A stretch of DNA of 64,000 nt from an uncultured candidate division Zixibacteria bacterium (lineage in GTDB: Bacteria > Zixibacteria > MSB-5A5 > RBG-16-43-9): NCBI GenBank assembly GCA_963713865.1, contig OY970208.1, forward strand, positions 1,984,001-2,048,000, written 5' to 3'. Positions within the stretch are counted from its first letter, which is position 1. Each line of letters opens with the position of its first letter. The notes below the pieces were generated by a model that ran no database searches, had not been told where the DNA came from, and saw only the letters and a program-made list of their open reading frames with translations. This document shows positions 19,536 to 29,715 of this stretch, piece after piece. A program made the position numbers and the translations under genes.

Positions 19536-20414
19536 TTACTCCTGGGCTTCTTTTTTCCCTTCTAACTTTTTTATCATCTTCTCCACCCAATCTTTTTCTC
19601 CTGATTCTAAATCCGGATGATCTTTTAAGATATTTTTAAATAAAGTAATGGCTTTGACTGTATCACCCATAGTTGCATAAGTATAGGGAATATACTCCTC
19701 AGCTTCTAAACTCACCTCACTCCGGGGATATTGTTTAAGGATTTCTTGAAATTTCTCAATGGCTTTAGGATAATTTCTCAGTTTCCTGTATATAAACGCC
19801 ATATTCAAAAGTGCTTCTGAGGTTTTTTTGGTTTGGTCTTTTGGATCTAAGAAGACAACCTTATTGAAATTTAACAGAGCTTCATCGAATCTTCTACGCT
19901 CCTGATACTTCTCCCCCACTTTGAACCAGAGCTCTAAATCGGTGGTATCTTTTTTTAACTTGTTTTCTAAATCAGACAGGGTCCCTTCACCCTTAATGTA
20001 CTCTTTAATTTTTTGCATAAAATCAGGAGCATTGGCATATCCTACAACTCGGTCGATCTCCTCACCTGAAGGATTGGTAAGGATGACGGTGGGATAACCA
20101 TTTACCTTAAATCTTTCAGCCAAAGCTGTATCCTTTTCCGCATTGGTTTTGAAGAAAACAAAATCCATAGAGAAGCGTATTAAACTGGTATCAGTGAAGG
20201 TAGAATCAGCCAGCTTTTTACACCACTTACACCAGTCGGTATAAAAATCTACAACCATATTTTTGTTCTCAGACTTAGCAATCTGAGAAGCCTCTTCAAA
20301 ATTAGCCACCCAGTTAATCGATTTAGGGATAACCTTCCCGCAGGCGAAAAAATAAAAAGATATGAAAAAAACTACTAACAGAATAAACCAGTGAGAATCT
20401 TTTCTTTTTTCCAT
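19536..20414 (-). CDS. Thioredoxin-like + TPR lipoprotein
   Basis: Lipobox FFAC; DFYTDWCKWC, GYPT; C-terminal TPR repeats. Confidence 0.85.
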   Translation of the reverse strand: MEKRKDSHWFILLVVFFISFYFFACGKVIPKSINWVANFEEASQIAKSENKNMVVDFYTDWCKWCKKLADSTFTDTSLIRFSMDFVFFKTNAEKDTALAERFKVNGYPTVILTNPSGEEIDRVVGYANAPDFMQKIKEYIKGEGTLSDLENKLKKDTTDLELWFKVGEKYQERRRFDEALLNFNKVVFLDPKDQTKKTSEALLNMAFIYRKLRNYPKAIEKFQEILKQYPRSEVSLEAEEYIPYTYATMGDTVKAITLFKNILKDHPDLESGEKDWVEKMIKKLEGKKEAQE

Positions 20415-20435
20415 ACCACCTCTCCTTTAGTAAAG

Positions 20436-20774
20436 TTATAGGTTTCCTACAGTTTGCTCTTTAATAGCTAAGCTCTCCTCATATTTATCCTCCGGCACAT
20501 ACAACCTAAATCCGGGTTGGTCTTTTACCACATATCCCAACCCGCCTTCTAAAAAACTTCCCGTATAGCGAAGAAAACAGGGAATATTGCTGTCCGCCAA
20601 GGTTTCCTTTAAAAACTCAGCCAAAACCCGATTTGGAGTAACATAGAGCAGGACCAGGTTCTTCTCTTCTTCCTCTTGCTCTTCGGGTAACTCCTCAATT
20701 AAATCGGCTTCACACTCCGGGCATCTTTTTGCGCCAGCCGGATATTCGGAATTACATAACGGACAGAACGGCAT
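20436..20774 (-). CDS. Zinc-ribbon + DUF2007-like protein
   Basis: CPLC..EY....CPEC, then A.FLKETL....IPCF..LYV. Confidence 0.75.
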   Translation of the reverse strand: MPFCPLCNSEYPAGAKRCPECEADLIEELPEEQEEEEKNLVLLYVTPNRVLAEFLKETLADSNIPCFLRYTGSFLEGGLGYVVKDQPGFRLYVPEDKYEESLAIKEQTVGNL

Positions 20775-20809
20775 AGACTTATTTTTAGTTGGAAGTTTTT
20801 ATTACTTTT

Positions 20810-21175
20810 CTATTGTAAATCATCCACTAATAGCTCTTTTATCTTCAAGCTTTTTTCAAAGTCTTCTTCTCTTACATAAATTTTAATATCTGTGACAGGA
20901 TGTCGGGTTAAAGCTCCGGCTCTAAGATTCAAACCAGATTCACTGCGAACCAAACAGGGAATCTCATTTTTTTCCAAAGTCTCTGACAAGAAATTAGCAT
21001 AAACCATATTCTTAGTAATATACAGAAGTTTGAGTTTTGGTTCAGTTATAACCTTTTCTCTTACAACCTCTTTTTCCCTGACTGATTTCAGTTCTACAAC
21101 CAACTTCTCTCCGCAGTCTGGACAAGTGTTAATCCCAGGTTTATATTCAAATCCACATTTAGGACAATAGGACAT
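20810..21175 (-). CDS. Zinc-ribbon + DUF2007-like protein (tandem paralogue)
   Basis: CPKC..EY....CPDC, then ANFLSETL...IPCL..IYVREED. Confidence 0.75.
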   Translation of the reverse strand: MSYCPKCGFEYKPGINTCPDCGEKLVVELKSVREKEVVREKVITEPKLKLLYITKNMVYANFLSETLEKNEIPCLVRSESGLNLRAGALTRHPVTDIKIYVREEDFEKSLKIKELLVDDLQ

Positions 21176-21176
21176 T

Positions 21177-22526
21177 CTATCCTCTTTTGACCAAACCCTT
21201 AAGATTCTCTACAAAATCATCTATCTCCTCTTTGGTCCTCTTTTCAGTGATAGATACCAGAAGACTGTTCTTAACCTTCCTATCGAACCGGGAGAGATCG
21301 ATTCCCGCCAGGATATTCTTCTTCAGGAAGAGCTTGATTACTCTACCTGCCGGGATGGGTGTTTCCACTACCAACTCCTTGAAGAATGGCGCTGAGTATC
21401 TAAGTCTGAAACCATCTATTTGAGCTATCTTTTCAGCTGCATAATGGCTTTTCTGCAGACACAACTCTGCTACTTTTCTTAACCCATTTTTGCCCAAAAG
21501 GGAGAGATAAACTGTAGCTGCCAAAGCACACAAAGCTTCATTCGTGCAGATATTAGAGGTAGCTTTTTCACGACGGATATGCTGTTCTCTGGTCTGCAAC
21601 ACTAAAACAAACCCTCTTCTACCTTTCGAATCTACGGTTGCTCCGACAAGCCTTCCGGGCATTCGACGGATAAGGTTTTGTTTACAGGCAAAAAACCCTA
21701 AGAACGGTCCTCCGAAATTGAGGCTGTTTCCTAAAGGTTGACCTTCGCCCACTGCAATGTCTGCTCCATACTCTCCCGGAGTTTTCAGAATGGCTAAAGA
21801 GATGGGGTCACAAACCATAATCAACAAAGCTCCAGCTGAATGCACTTTTTTCTCAATCTCCTCTACCTTTTCTAAAAGTCCGAAGAAATTAGGAGATTGC
21901 AGGATGAAACTGGCAGTCTTTGAAGAAAGTTTTTTATCCAGAAGCTCCAGATCAGTAACTCCATCTTTCGGTTCGAGCTTCCGTATTTTCATCCCTCCTC
22001 TCTCACAATAGGTACAGAGAACCTTATAGTAGGTTGGATTAAGAGAGCCTGAAACCAGAATCTCTTTTCTGCCAGTTTCGGCTAAGGATAAAAGACCTGC
22101 CTCAGCCACTGTCGATGCCCCGTCATACATTGAAGCATTTGAAACCTCCATCTCAGTAAGCTGACAGAGCATAGATTGGTATTCATAGATGCTCTGTAAA
22201 GTCCCCTGACTCACTTCTGGCTGATATGGAGTATAGGCCGTATAAAATTCTGAACGTAAAAGAATATGATTTACCACGCTGGGAATGAAATGGTCATAAG
22301 CTCCACCGCCTAAGAAACTAATCAGTCCATCTGTGTTCTTATTTTCCTCTGATATCCCGGTCAGTAAATTATTAAGTTCCAATTCCGAGAGTCCTTTGGG
22401 AAGCTTGAGTTCATCTTTTAACCTCAGGGATTCGGGAATAGGATTAATTAGATCTTTAAATCCGCCAACTCCTATCCTCTCCAGCATTTTTTTCTGATCA
22501 TCCTCAGTATTAGGAATATAGCTCAT
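21177..22526 (-). CDS. gcvPA: Glycine dehydrogenase (decarboxylating) subunit 1
   Basis: EFYTAYTPYQPEVSQG, NASMYDG, QTREQHIRREKATSNICTN. Confidence 0.95.
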   Translation of the reverse strand: MSYIPNTEDDQKKMLERIGVGGFKDLINPIPESLRLKDELKLPKGLSELELNNLLTGISEENKNTDGLISFLGGGAYDHFIPSVVNHILLRSEFYTAYTPYQPEVSQGTLQSIYEYQSMLCQLTEMEVSNASMYDGASTVAEAGLLSLAETGRKEILVSGSLNPTYYKVLCTYCERGGMKIRKLEPKDGVTDLELLDKKLSSKTASFILQSPNFFGLLEKVEEIEKKVHSAGALLIMVCDPISLAILKTPGEYGADIAVGEGQPLGNSLNFGGPFLGFFACKQNLIRRMPGRLVGATVDSKGRRGFVLVLQTREQHIRREKATSNICTNEALCALAATVYLSLLGKNGLRKVAELCLQKSHYAAEKIAQIDGFRLRYSAPFFKELVVETPIPAGRVIKLFLKKNILAGIDLSRFDRKVKNSLLVSITEKRTKEEIDDFVENLKGLVKRG

Positions 22527-22577
22527 AAACTCTCTTTTTTTAAAATCAATAGTCTAATTTATCTTCAAAAATATTCT

Positions 22578-22961
22578 CTATTTTTGTTCAAGCATCTTTT
22601 TATAATCTTCTGCCGAAAGAAGATTATCTAGCTCCTTGGGGTTTTTAACCTTTATCTTTATAATCCATCCCTCTGCGTAAGGGTCTTTATTGATCAGTCC
22701 TGCTTCCGCTTCAAGCTTAGAATTGACTTCGATTACTTCACCCGTTACCGGGGAGAAAAGCTCTGATACAGCTTTGACTGCCTCTATCACCCCAAAAGGT
22801 TTCATCTGCTCAACCTTGGTCCCTACTTTGGGTAATTCCACAAAGACAATATCCCCTAACTCCCCCTGGGCATAATCGTCGACCCCCACAGTTGCTATAT
22901 CCTTCTCCAGTTTCACCCACTCATGCTCTTTGGTATATCTCAAATCATCTTTTATAATCAC
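22578..22961 (-). CDS. gcvH: Glycine cleavage system H protein
   Basis: YTKEHEW, LGDIVFVELP, EAVKA lipoyl lysine, N.DPY..GW. Confidence 0.95.
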   Translation of the reverse strand: MIIKDDLRYTKEHEWVKLEKDIATVGVDDYAQGELGDIVFVELPKVGTKVEQMKPFGVIEAVKAVSELFSPVTGEVIEVNSKLEAEAGLINKDPYAEGWIIKIKVKNPKELDNLLSAEDYKKMLEQK

Positions 22962-22980
22962 TTTACCTCCTTTGAATTAT

Positions 22981-24348
22981 TCAAGTGGATACTTTTTCTT
23001 TTGAAGTTTCTTTAAACAGGTTTTCTACGAATGAAGTATCATATTCACCGCTTATGAAATTGGGATTGGAAAAAACGGTTTTATAAAATGTTATCGTCGT
23101 CTGTATACCTTCGATGATGAACTCATCTAAGGCTCTTCTCATTTTGAGAATAGCCTCCTCCCTGGTATCGCCACAGGAGATCAATTTTGCCACCAGGGAG
23201 TCATAAAAAGACGGGATCTCATATCCAGCATAAGCGTGAGTATCTACCCTGATCCCGTGTCCACCCGGGACATGAAAGCTTTTAATCAAACCTGGATTGG
23301 GCCTGAAATCCTTCTCCGGATCTTCGGCATTGATCCGGCATTCGATCGCATGTCCTCTCAGGACAATCTCTTCTTGAGTGCGAGAAAGTTTTTCTCCAGC
23401 TGCAATTTTTATTTGTTCTTTTAAAAGGTCTATCCCTGTAACCTCCTCTGTAACCGGGTGCTCAACCTGAATTCGGGTATTCATTTCCATAAAATAGAAA
23501 TTACCATTTTTGTCTAAAAGAAACTCTATCGTACCCACGCTCTCATAGCTTATCCGGGATGCACCTAATACTGCTGCACTACCCATCTTTTCTCGGAGCG
23601 ATGGGGTTAGAGCTGTAGAGGGTGATTCTTCTATTAATTTCTGATGCCTTCTCTGGATAGTGCAATCTCTTTCACCTAAATGGATCAGATTCCCGTAACT
23701 ATCTCCTAATATCTGAAACTCAATATGACGTGGATTTAAAACCAGCTTTTCAATATAAACTTCAGGATTGCCAAAAGCCGCTTCCGCCTCCATCTGAGCC
23801 ATCTCAAAATTTTTCTTAAGTTCCTCTTCGTCTTTAGCTACCCTCATCCCTTTACCCCCTCCTCCTCCAGAAGCTTTGATCAAGACCGGGAATCCTATTT
23901 CGATTGATACTCTCCGAGCCTCTTCCAGGTCTTTAATAACGCCCTCGCTTCCCGGAATGACCGGCACTCCAGCTTCCCTCATTTTCTGCTTTGCTACAGC
24001 TTTATCACCCATAAGTCTGATCATTTTAGAAGTAGGCCCTATGAATTTTATTTTGCAGGACTCACAGATTTCAGCAAAATCCGCATTTTCAGCCAAGAAA
24101 CCATATCCCGGATGGATAGCTTCTGTATTGGTGACCTCAGCCGCACTGATAATTCTTTTAGGATCCAGATAGGTTTCCGTTGCTTTAGCCGGACCGATGC
24201 AGACATCTTCATCCGCAAATCTAACATGTAGAGAGTTACTATCTGCCTCAGAATGAACCGCTACCGTGGCAATCCCTAACTCTTTACATGCCCGGATAAT
24301 CCTTAAGGCTATCTCACCACGATTTGCTATCAATATTTTTTTAAACAA
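22981..24348 (-). CDS. accC: Acetyl-CoA carboxylase biotin carboxylase
   Basis: [44 protein letters not shown]. Confidence 0.95.
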   Translation of the reverse strand: MFKKILIANRGEIALRIIRACKELGIATVAVHSEADSNSLHVRFADEDVCIGPAKATETYLDPKRIISAAEVTNTEAIHPGYGFLAENADFAEICESCKIKFIGPTSKMIRLMGDKAVAKQKMREAGVPVIPGSEGVIKDLEEARRVSIEIGFPVLIKASGGGGGKGMRVAKDEEELKKNFEMAQMEAEAAFGNPEVYIEKLVLNPRHIEFQILGDSYGNLIHLGERDCTIQRRHQKLIEESPSTALTPSLREKMGSAAVLGASRISYESVGTIEFLLDKNGNFYFMEMNTRIQVEHPVTEEVTGIDLLKEQIKIAAGEKLSRTQEEIVLRGHAIECRINAEDPEKDFRPNPGLIKSFHVPGGHGIRVDTHAYAGYEIPSFYDSLVAKLISCGDTREEAILKMRRALDEFIIEGIQTTITFYKTVFSNPNFISGEYDTSFVENLFKETSKEKVST

Positions 24349-24519
24349 ATTAATTCCTCTCTAAACATCCATCTTACTTAATCATTAGATTAAAATTTAT
24401 CTTTTTTTAAGAAGAATAGCAAGAAAAATATTTACTTTTATTTTTAGATCAAACCTGTCATGGCAAGCTTTATCAACACCGATGGTGAGATTGTTGAAAA
24501 GCAGTTTTCGGAGTAATTC

Positions 24520-24611
24520 TGGTGTGTAAACCCTTGAGGTTTACCTGAATAAATCATTCATTTGTTTAAACGTAAAGCTCTAGTCTCAAGCCCTTGAGGC
24601 TTTACACTCCA
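24520..24611. repeat. TGGAG-type REP doublet with nested 16-bp palindrome
   Basis: CTGGTGTGTAAACC..GGTTTAC and GTAAAGCTCTAG[TCTCAAGCCCTTGAGG]CTTTACACTCCA. Confidence 0.7.
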
Positions 24612-24627
24612 AAAACTATAAATAAAG

Positions 24628-24652
24628 AAGCTCTGAGAAAGTCTCAGAGCTT
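24628..24652 (-). terminator. Terminator after the PilT-like gene
   Basis: AAGCTCTGAG-5 nt-CTCAGAGCTT with a T-rich tail on the minus strand. Confidence 0.6.
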
Positions 24653-24682
24653 AAATATTAATATTAATTTTAGTTTTCTGAA

Positions 24683-25801
24683 CTACTTCCTTTTCTTTGC
24701 TTGTTCGAATTCGGTCCAGCCTCTATCTGCAGCTCCGGTTATTCCCTTAACCCTCAACTCGAAATCATCTGGATTGGTACACTGCTGCATAGCCTCATCA
24801 TAAGAGATAAACCCATCTTTATAAAGCTGCATAATCGACTGGTCGAAAGATTGCATCCCATACTGAATATTACCGCTTTCGATCAGCTCGATTATCAGAG
24901 GTGTTTTCATGGGATCGATAATATATTCCCTGACCGAGGAGGTTGAAACTAACACTTCAACTGCTGGTATTCTTCCAGGTCCGTCCGCGCGGGGAAGTAA
25001 TCTCTGGCAGACTACCGCTTTAAGAGTGGCAGCTAAAAGCAATCTGATCTGCTGGTGCTGATGTGGAGGGAAAAAAGAGATAATCCGGTTTATAGTCTCG
25101 ATGGCATTTAAGGTATGCAGGGTGGTTAATACTAAATGGCCGGTATCAGCCGCAGTCAAAGCAATGGACATTGATTCGTAATCCCTGATTTCTCCAATCA
25201 GGATCACATCCGGATCCTGACGAAGAGCATGCCTTAAGGCAGTTATAAAACTCTCTGTATCTCCTCCTACCTCTCTCTGGCAGATTATACTCCTGCGATC
25301 TTTATGAATATATTCGATCGGATCTTCGACTGTAAGGATATTCTCTGCCCGGGAAGAATTTATATGCTCGATCATAGCTGCCAGGGTAGTTGATTTGCCA
25401 CTTCCAGTTGTCCCGGTAAGGATTATTATCCCTCTGCGGTTATTAGCCAAATCCTTTAAACCTTTAGGCAGATTCAGCTCTTCGAAGGAAGGGACCAGAG
25501 TATGAACCGCTCGGAGGGCAACCCCCACTGTCCCCCTCTGCCGGTAGAAGTTAATCCTGAACCTTCCCATCTTAGAGATACTCAGGGCCAGGTCCAGCTC
25601 ATTCTTTTTAAGGAACCTCTCCTTCTGTTCTTCAGTCAGAATCTGACTCATTGTCTCATCCATATCTGCCTGGGTCAGATTCTCACATTCTAAAGACAAA
25701 AGAGCCCCATCTACCCTTATAGTAGGTTTTACCCCTACCCTGAGATGTAGGTCAGAGGCTTTCCTTGCCAGGACCTCTGCGAGCATCTGTTTTAAGTTCA
25801 T
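24683..25801 (-). CDS. Type IV pilus retraction ATPase, PilT/PilU family
   Basis: ASDLHL, RFRINFYRQRG, GTTGSGKST, EDPIE, LRQDPDVILIGEIRD, TGHLVLTTLH, GMQSFDQ; lacks an exact AIRNLIRE motif (SVREYIID); RBS GGAGG before ATG 25801. Confidence 0.9.
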   Translation of the reverse strand: MNLKQMLAEVLARKASDLHLRVGVKPTIRVDGALLSLECENLTQADMDETMSQILTEEQKERFLKKNELDLALSISKMGRFRINFYRQRGTVGVALRAVHTLVPSFEELNLPKGLKDLANNRRGIIILTGTTGSGKSTTLAAMIEHINSSRAENILTVEDPIEYIHKDRRSIICQREVGGDTESFITALRHALRQDPDVILIGEIRDYESMSIALTAADTGHLVLTTLHTLNAIETINRIISFFPPHQHQQIRLLLAATLKAVVCQRLLPRADGPGRIPAVEVLVSTSSVREYIIDPMKTPLIIELIESGNIQYGMQSFDQSIMQLYKDGFISYDEAMQQCTNPDDFELRVKGITGAADRGWTEFEQAKKRK

Positions 25802-25964
25802 CTTTATCTTAACCTCCCTGATCATAAATCTTCTTCTCTTTCTATTTTCGGCTGAAATAATAAACACCTTAATACCTTTTAATTGGTTCTCTTGAGAAAA
25901 AATCTAACTGGAAAGAGAGTGGTCAGGCAAGGGTATCCGACTTACGATGAATAACAACTTTTCT

Positions 25965-26175
25965 CTTCTGGGCATCCGCCAGAGGTGGACCAACCCTGCA
26001 AAACGACTTCCTCAAAGATTTCTGGTAAAATACCTTGAAATGAAAAGGTGTCAGGAGGTAACTCCTGACACCACGAGAATAGTTTTTAGGTAACATTGGA
26101 GAGTAAAGCTTTAGCTTTACTCTAACTCCTTGATGCCAGAGATTTTTTTGGTAAGCCTAAAGACTTACACTCCAG
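25965..26175. repeat. REP-like palindrome cluster between accB and the PilT-like gene
   Basis: TCCGCCAGAGGTGGA core at 25975; GGTGTCAGGAG-GTAA-CTCCTGACACC; doublet TGGAGAGTAAAGCTTTAGCTTTAC..GTAAGCCTAAAGACTTACACTCCAG. Confidence 0.7.
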
Positions 26176-26192
26176 TGGTTATTTCATTTTTT

Positions 26193-26675
26193 TTATAAAG
26201 GCTCAATTAAAAAAAGAGTCTGACCGAATTCAACTGGTTTTGCATTCTCCACCAAAATCTTAACCAATCTCCCGGCAACTTCCGCTTCGATCTCGTTCAT
26301 CAGCTTCATCGCCTCTACAATACAGACCACCTGTCCCGCGCTTATTATCTGACCTACATCTACATAAGGCTTTGCCCCGGGTGCCGGTGCTCGATAGAAA
26401 GTTCCCACCATCGGTGATTTGATAGGCACTAAGTTACCTTCTACCCCTTCGGGCTTAGAGATTTCTACTGATACCGCTACCGGTTTTTCCTTAGAAGGTG
26501 TAACCGCGACCTTCTCCGGAGCCGGGTTCACTATCAGATGGGAAGAACTATGTGGATTCTGATGGTTTAACCTTCGAGTGATTTTGATTCTCCTTCCCCA
26601 GCTGGTTACTTCTAATTCATCTATGTTGCTTTCCTCGACGATCTTTATCAATTTTCTAATTTTAGATTCTAACAT
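26193..26675 (-). CDS. accB: Acetyl-CoA carboxylase biotin carboxyl carrier protein
   Basis: IKSPMVGTFYRAP, EAMKLMNEI biotinylation motif. Confidence 0.95.
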   Translation of the reverse strand: MLESKIRKLIKIVEESNIDELEVTSWGRRIKITRRLNHQNPHSSSHLIVNPAPEKVAVTPSKEKPVAVSVEISKPEGVEGNLVPIKSPMVGTFYRAPAPGAKPYVDVGQIISAGQVVCIVEAMKLMNEIEAEVAGRLVKILVENAKPVEFGQTLFLIEPL

Positions 26676-26791
26676 CTTTACCCCTTTCTCCAAGGGTTAA
26701 ACTGAATGTTTTGCTAAATCTAGTTTTATTGTGTGAAAATTACCCCCTTTTAAATATTTTCGGAAATCCCTCCTCCAGATATTAACTATTT

Positions 26792-27862
26792 TTATAGCTC
26801 CAACAGCTCTCTATTTATGTTAGTTAAGACTTTACACCCTTTTCTGGTAATAAGTATGTCATCCTCGATCCTCACCCCACCCCAACCTGGAAGATATATC
26901 CCTGGCTCTAAGGTAATAACCATTCCCGGTTTGAGCACCTCCTGACTTTTAGTATTTATGCCTGGTGAATCATGCACCAAAAGTCCTATCCCGTGTCCTA
27001 ATCCATGTCCAAAATAATCTTTGAATCCTGCATTATTTATAACATCGCGGGCTACTTTATCTAACTCAAATCCTTTCATACCAGAACAGGCATTTTTTAT
27101 GGCTTTAGTTTGAGCTTTTAGAACCAGATTATAAATCTTTTTCTGCCGAGGAGTAGCTTTTCCTAAAACTACTGTCCGGGTAATATCACAGACATACCCT
27201 TCGTATAAGGCGCCAAAATCCAGAGTCACGAAATCCCCTTTCTGAAACCTTTTAGAAGAAGCTCTGGCGTGAGGCATGGCTGACCTTACGCCTGAAGCTA
27301 CAATCGGTTCAAAGGCAGAGCCTGTTCCGCCATTTTTTCTAATGTTATATTCCAACTCCGTCGATAAATCTTGTTCTTTTACTCCGGGTTTAAACAGAGG
27401 TAGAATCTTTTCAAAAGCTTTTTCACTAATATCTGCTGCTTTCTTTATCTTTTTGATCTCCTCTTCATCTTTGGTTACCGAAATAGATTCAACTAATTCC
27501 TCAGTAGGTATCCAGAGAATCTGGGGGAAAAGTGCTTTAAGCTTTTCATATAACTTAAAGGACAGAATCTTAGATTCAAAACCAACCTTGATCCTCTTCT
27601 CTTTCAGCCAGTCTATATCCGTAAGAGTGGAAAATAATTCTCGCTGGGCAATTTTTATCTCAGCACCTTTGACTTCTTTCTTTACCTGTTCTTTATATCG
27701 AAAATCAGTCAGAAAAATAGATTTATCCTTTGAAACCAAAAGGATTCCATTGGAGCCGGTATAACCACACAGATATCTGAGATTTGTGGGAGTAGTTACT
27801 AGAAGAAGATCTAAGCTCTCACCTTTTATTTTCTCCCCTAATCTCTTTATTCTATCTTTCAT
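26792..27862 (-). CDS. Xaa-Pro aminopeptidase/dipeptidase (M24B)
   Basis: Creatinase N-terminal domain; DFGA...DITRT, HGLGHGIGL.VH, EPGIY, GVRIEDD. Confidence 0.9.
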   Translation of the reverse strand: MKDRIKRLGEKIKGESLDLLLVTTPTNLRYLCGYTGSNGILLVSKDKSIFLTDFRYKEQVKKEVKGAEIKIAQRELFSTLTDIDWLKEKRIKVGFESKILSFKLYEKLKALFPQILWIPTEELVESISVTKDEEEIKKIKKAADISEKAFEKILPLFKPGVKEQDLSTELEYNIRKNGGTGSAFEPIVASGVRSAMPHARASSKRFQKGDFVTLDFGALYEGYVCDITRTVVLGKATPRQKKIYNLVLKAQTKAIKNACSGMKGFELDKVARDVINNAGFKDYFGHGLGHGIGLLVHDSPGINTKSQEVLKPGMVITLEPGIYLPGWGGVRIEDDILITRKGCKVLTNINRELLEL

Positions 27863-28062
27863 TTTTGATTCCTATTTAATTTGAATTTCTTCTCTAATTC
27901 TTCAACTTTTTTAGCTATTTCAGGGTTAGCTGGATCTCTTTTAAGAATCCTCCGGTAAATCTCCAGTCCTTCTCTGTATTTTTTAACCTGGATATAGATT
28001 TCAGCCATAGTCGGAGTTTCTATAAATTCCCTCCCTTCCAGTCCTTTATCATCTTTCTCCAT
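27859..28062 (-). CDS. Small TPR-containing protein
   Basis: TPTMAEIY...YRRILKRDPAN; ATGA overlap with the peptidase gene. Confidence 0.65.
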   Translation of the reverse strand: MEKDDKGLEGREFIETPTMAEIYIQVKKYREGLEIYRRILKRDPANPEIAKKVEELEKKFKLNRNQK

Positions 28063-28174
28063 CTAAAAAAATAACCATAAAATGACCATTTTATTATTTG
28101 AAGGATAACATCTTATTATAAGCCTGTCAAGAAAAAAAGAGAAAAGAAAATCTTCTTTTCTCCTTAAAGGATAT

Positions 28175-28660
28175 CTATTTTATATTACGAAACCTTCTTA
28201 TGATGGTTTGGATAATCTGCTGGGTTGATTTCCCTTTAACCATTTTAATATTCAGAACTTTTCCGCCGTGTGATTCTACTGTCTCTTTTCCCACTATGTC
28301 CTTTATCTTCCAATCACCTCCTTTGACCAGAATATCCGGGACTAATTTGGAGATAAGTCTCAATGGCGTTAACTCATTAAAAATGCAGACATAATCGACG
28401 AAGTAGAGTGAAGCCAGAATCTCCGTGCGATCTTTTTGATCCTGGATGGGCCTGCCTTTACCTTTAATTCTTCTAACCGAGTAATCGCTATTTAACCCGA
28501 TTACCAGAATATCTCCTAATTTCTTTGCTTTTTTCAGATATTCGATATGCCCGCGATGTAAAAGGTCAAAACAGCCATTGGTGAAAACCACTTTTTGGTT
28601 CTCTTTTTTGGCTTTATTTCTAATTCGGATTAATTCTGCTAATTTAACTATCTTTCCCAT
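28175..28660 (-). CDS. rfaE2: D-glycero-beta-D-manno-heptose 1-phosphate adenylyltransferase
   Basis: VFTNGCFDLLHRGH, GLNSD.SV..IKG..RP, PDILVKGGDW. Confidence 0.95.
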   Translation of the reverse strand: MGKIVKLAELIRIRNKAKKENQKVVFTNGCFDLLHRGHIEYLKKAKKLGDILVIGLNSDYSVRRIKGKGRPIQDQKDRTEILASLYFVDYVCIFNELTPLRLISKLVPDILVKGGDWKIKDIVGKETVESHGGKVLNIKMVKGKSTQQIIQTIIRRFRNIK

Positions 28661-28708
28661 AAAAAAGTGAGTTCTTCTGTTTACAAGATTCAAGGTGTAA
28701 TTATATTT

Positions 28709-29710
28709 TCATTCTATATAATTTTTCAAGTCCTGATACAGAGCTTCTTTAGTCACCTGAGCAGTCCCTAATTCACCTACAACTATACCCGCCGCATGAT
28801 TTGAGATTAAGGCTGATTCCTTTAAAGAGGCTCCAGCTGCAAAGGCACAGGTGAAAGCAGAGATAACCGTGTCACCTGCACCGGTGACATCGTACACCTT
28901 CTTGGCAACCGTTGGAAAATGAGTTAGTTTCCGAGTCTTCTCGAAAAGTGACATTCCCCTCTCTCCGCGGGTTATCAATAAAGCCTCAGTCTCTAATCTT
29001 TCCAATAGCCCCCAGCCAACCTCTTCTAAGCTAATTTCATCTTTTATCCTTTTGCCATAAGCAAAACCAGCTTCATTATGATTTGGGGTTATGAGTGAAA
29101 CATTTTTGTAATTCATAAAATGGGTCTCTTTGGGATCAACCGAGATAAAAATCTTGTTTTCTCTGGCAAAGTTTATAATCTCATTCAAAAGATTTAAACT
29201 GATTACCCCTTTGCCGTAATCAGAGATCACCAGGGCGGAGATCTTCTCCTCTATTATATTCTTCTTTATGAAGTCTCTCAATTTAAAAGTCATATCCGCA
29301 GAGAGTTCATCCGTATTTTCCCGGTCAGCTCTCACTACCTGTTGACTATGAGCGATGATCCTGGTCTTGACCGTGGTCTGCCTATCTTCATCTATAAACA
29401 CCCCCTGGCTCGAAATACCCGATTTTGTAAGGATTTCCTTTAACCTCTCTCCATTTCTATCTTTTCCCACAACTCCAACCAGGAGCGGAACATTTTCTAA
29501 GGCATTAACATTAAGAGCTACGTTAGCCGCCCCGCCTAATTTCAAAGACTCCTCCATAATTTCTACTACCGGTACCGGAGCTTCAGGCGAGATTCGACTA
29601 ACGCTTCCCCAGATATATTCATCCAGCATAAGATCACCCAGTATTAAAATCTTATGATCTCCAAAGGTGGAGAAGACCTGTTCTAATCTCTGTGCTGATA
29701 TTCTATTCAT
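28709..29710 (-). CDS. rfaE1: D-glycero-beta-D-manno-heptose 7-phosphate kinase
   Basis: GDLMLDEY, RISPEAPVPV, SDYGKG, DVTGAGDT. Confidence 0.95.
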   Translation of the reverse strand: MNRISAQRLEQVFSTFGDHKILILGDLMLDEYIWGSVSRISPEAPVPVVEIMEESLKLGGAANVALNVNALENVPLLVGVVGKDRNGERLKEILTKSGISSQGVFIDEDRQTTVKTRIIAHSQQVVRADRENTDELSADMTFKLRDFIKKNIIEEKISALVISDYGKGVISLNLLNEIINFARENKIFISVDPKETHFMNYKNVSLITPNHNEAGFAYGKRIKDEISLEEVGWGLLERLETEALLITRGERGMSLFEKTRKLTHFPTVAKKVYDVTGAGDTVISAFTCAFAAGASLKESALISNHAAGIVVGELGTAQVTKEALYQDLKNYIE

Positions 29711-29715
29711 CTCTT

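Noticed and set aside
22962-24680. Glycine riboswitch upstream of gcv genes
   Set aside because: gcvH follows accC by 19 bp, and no aptamer-like motif was recognised upstream of accC
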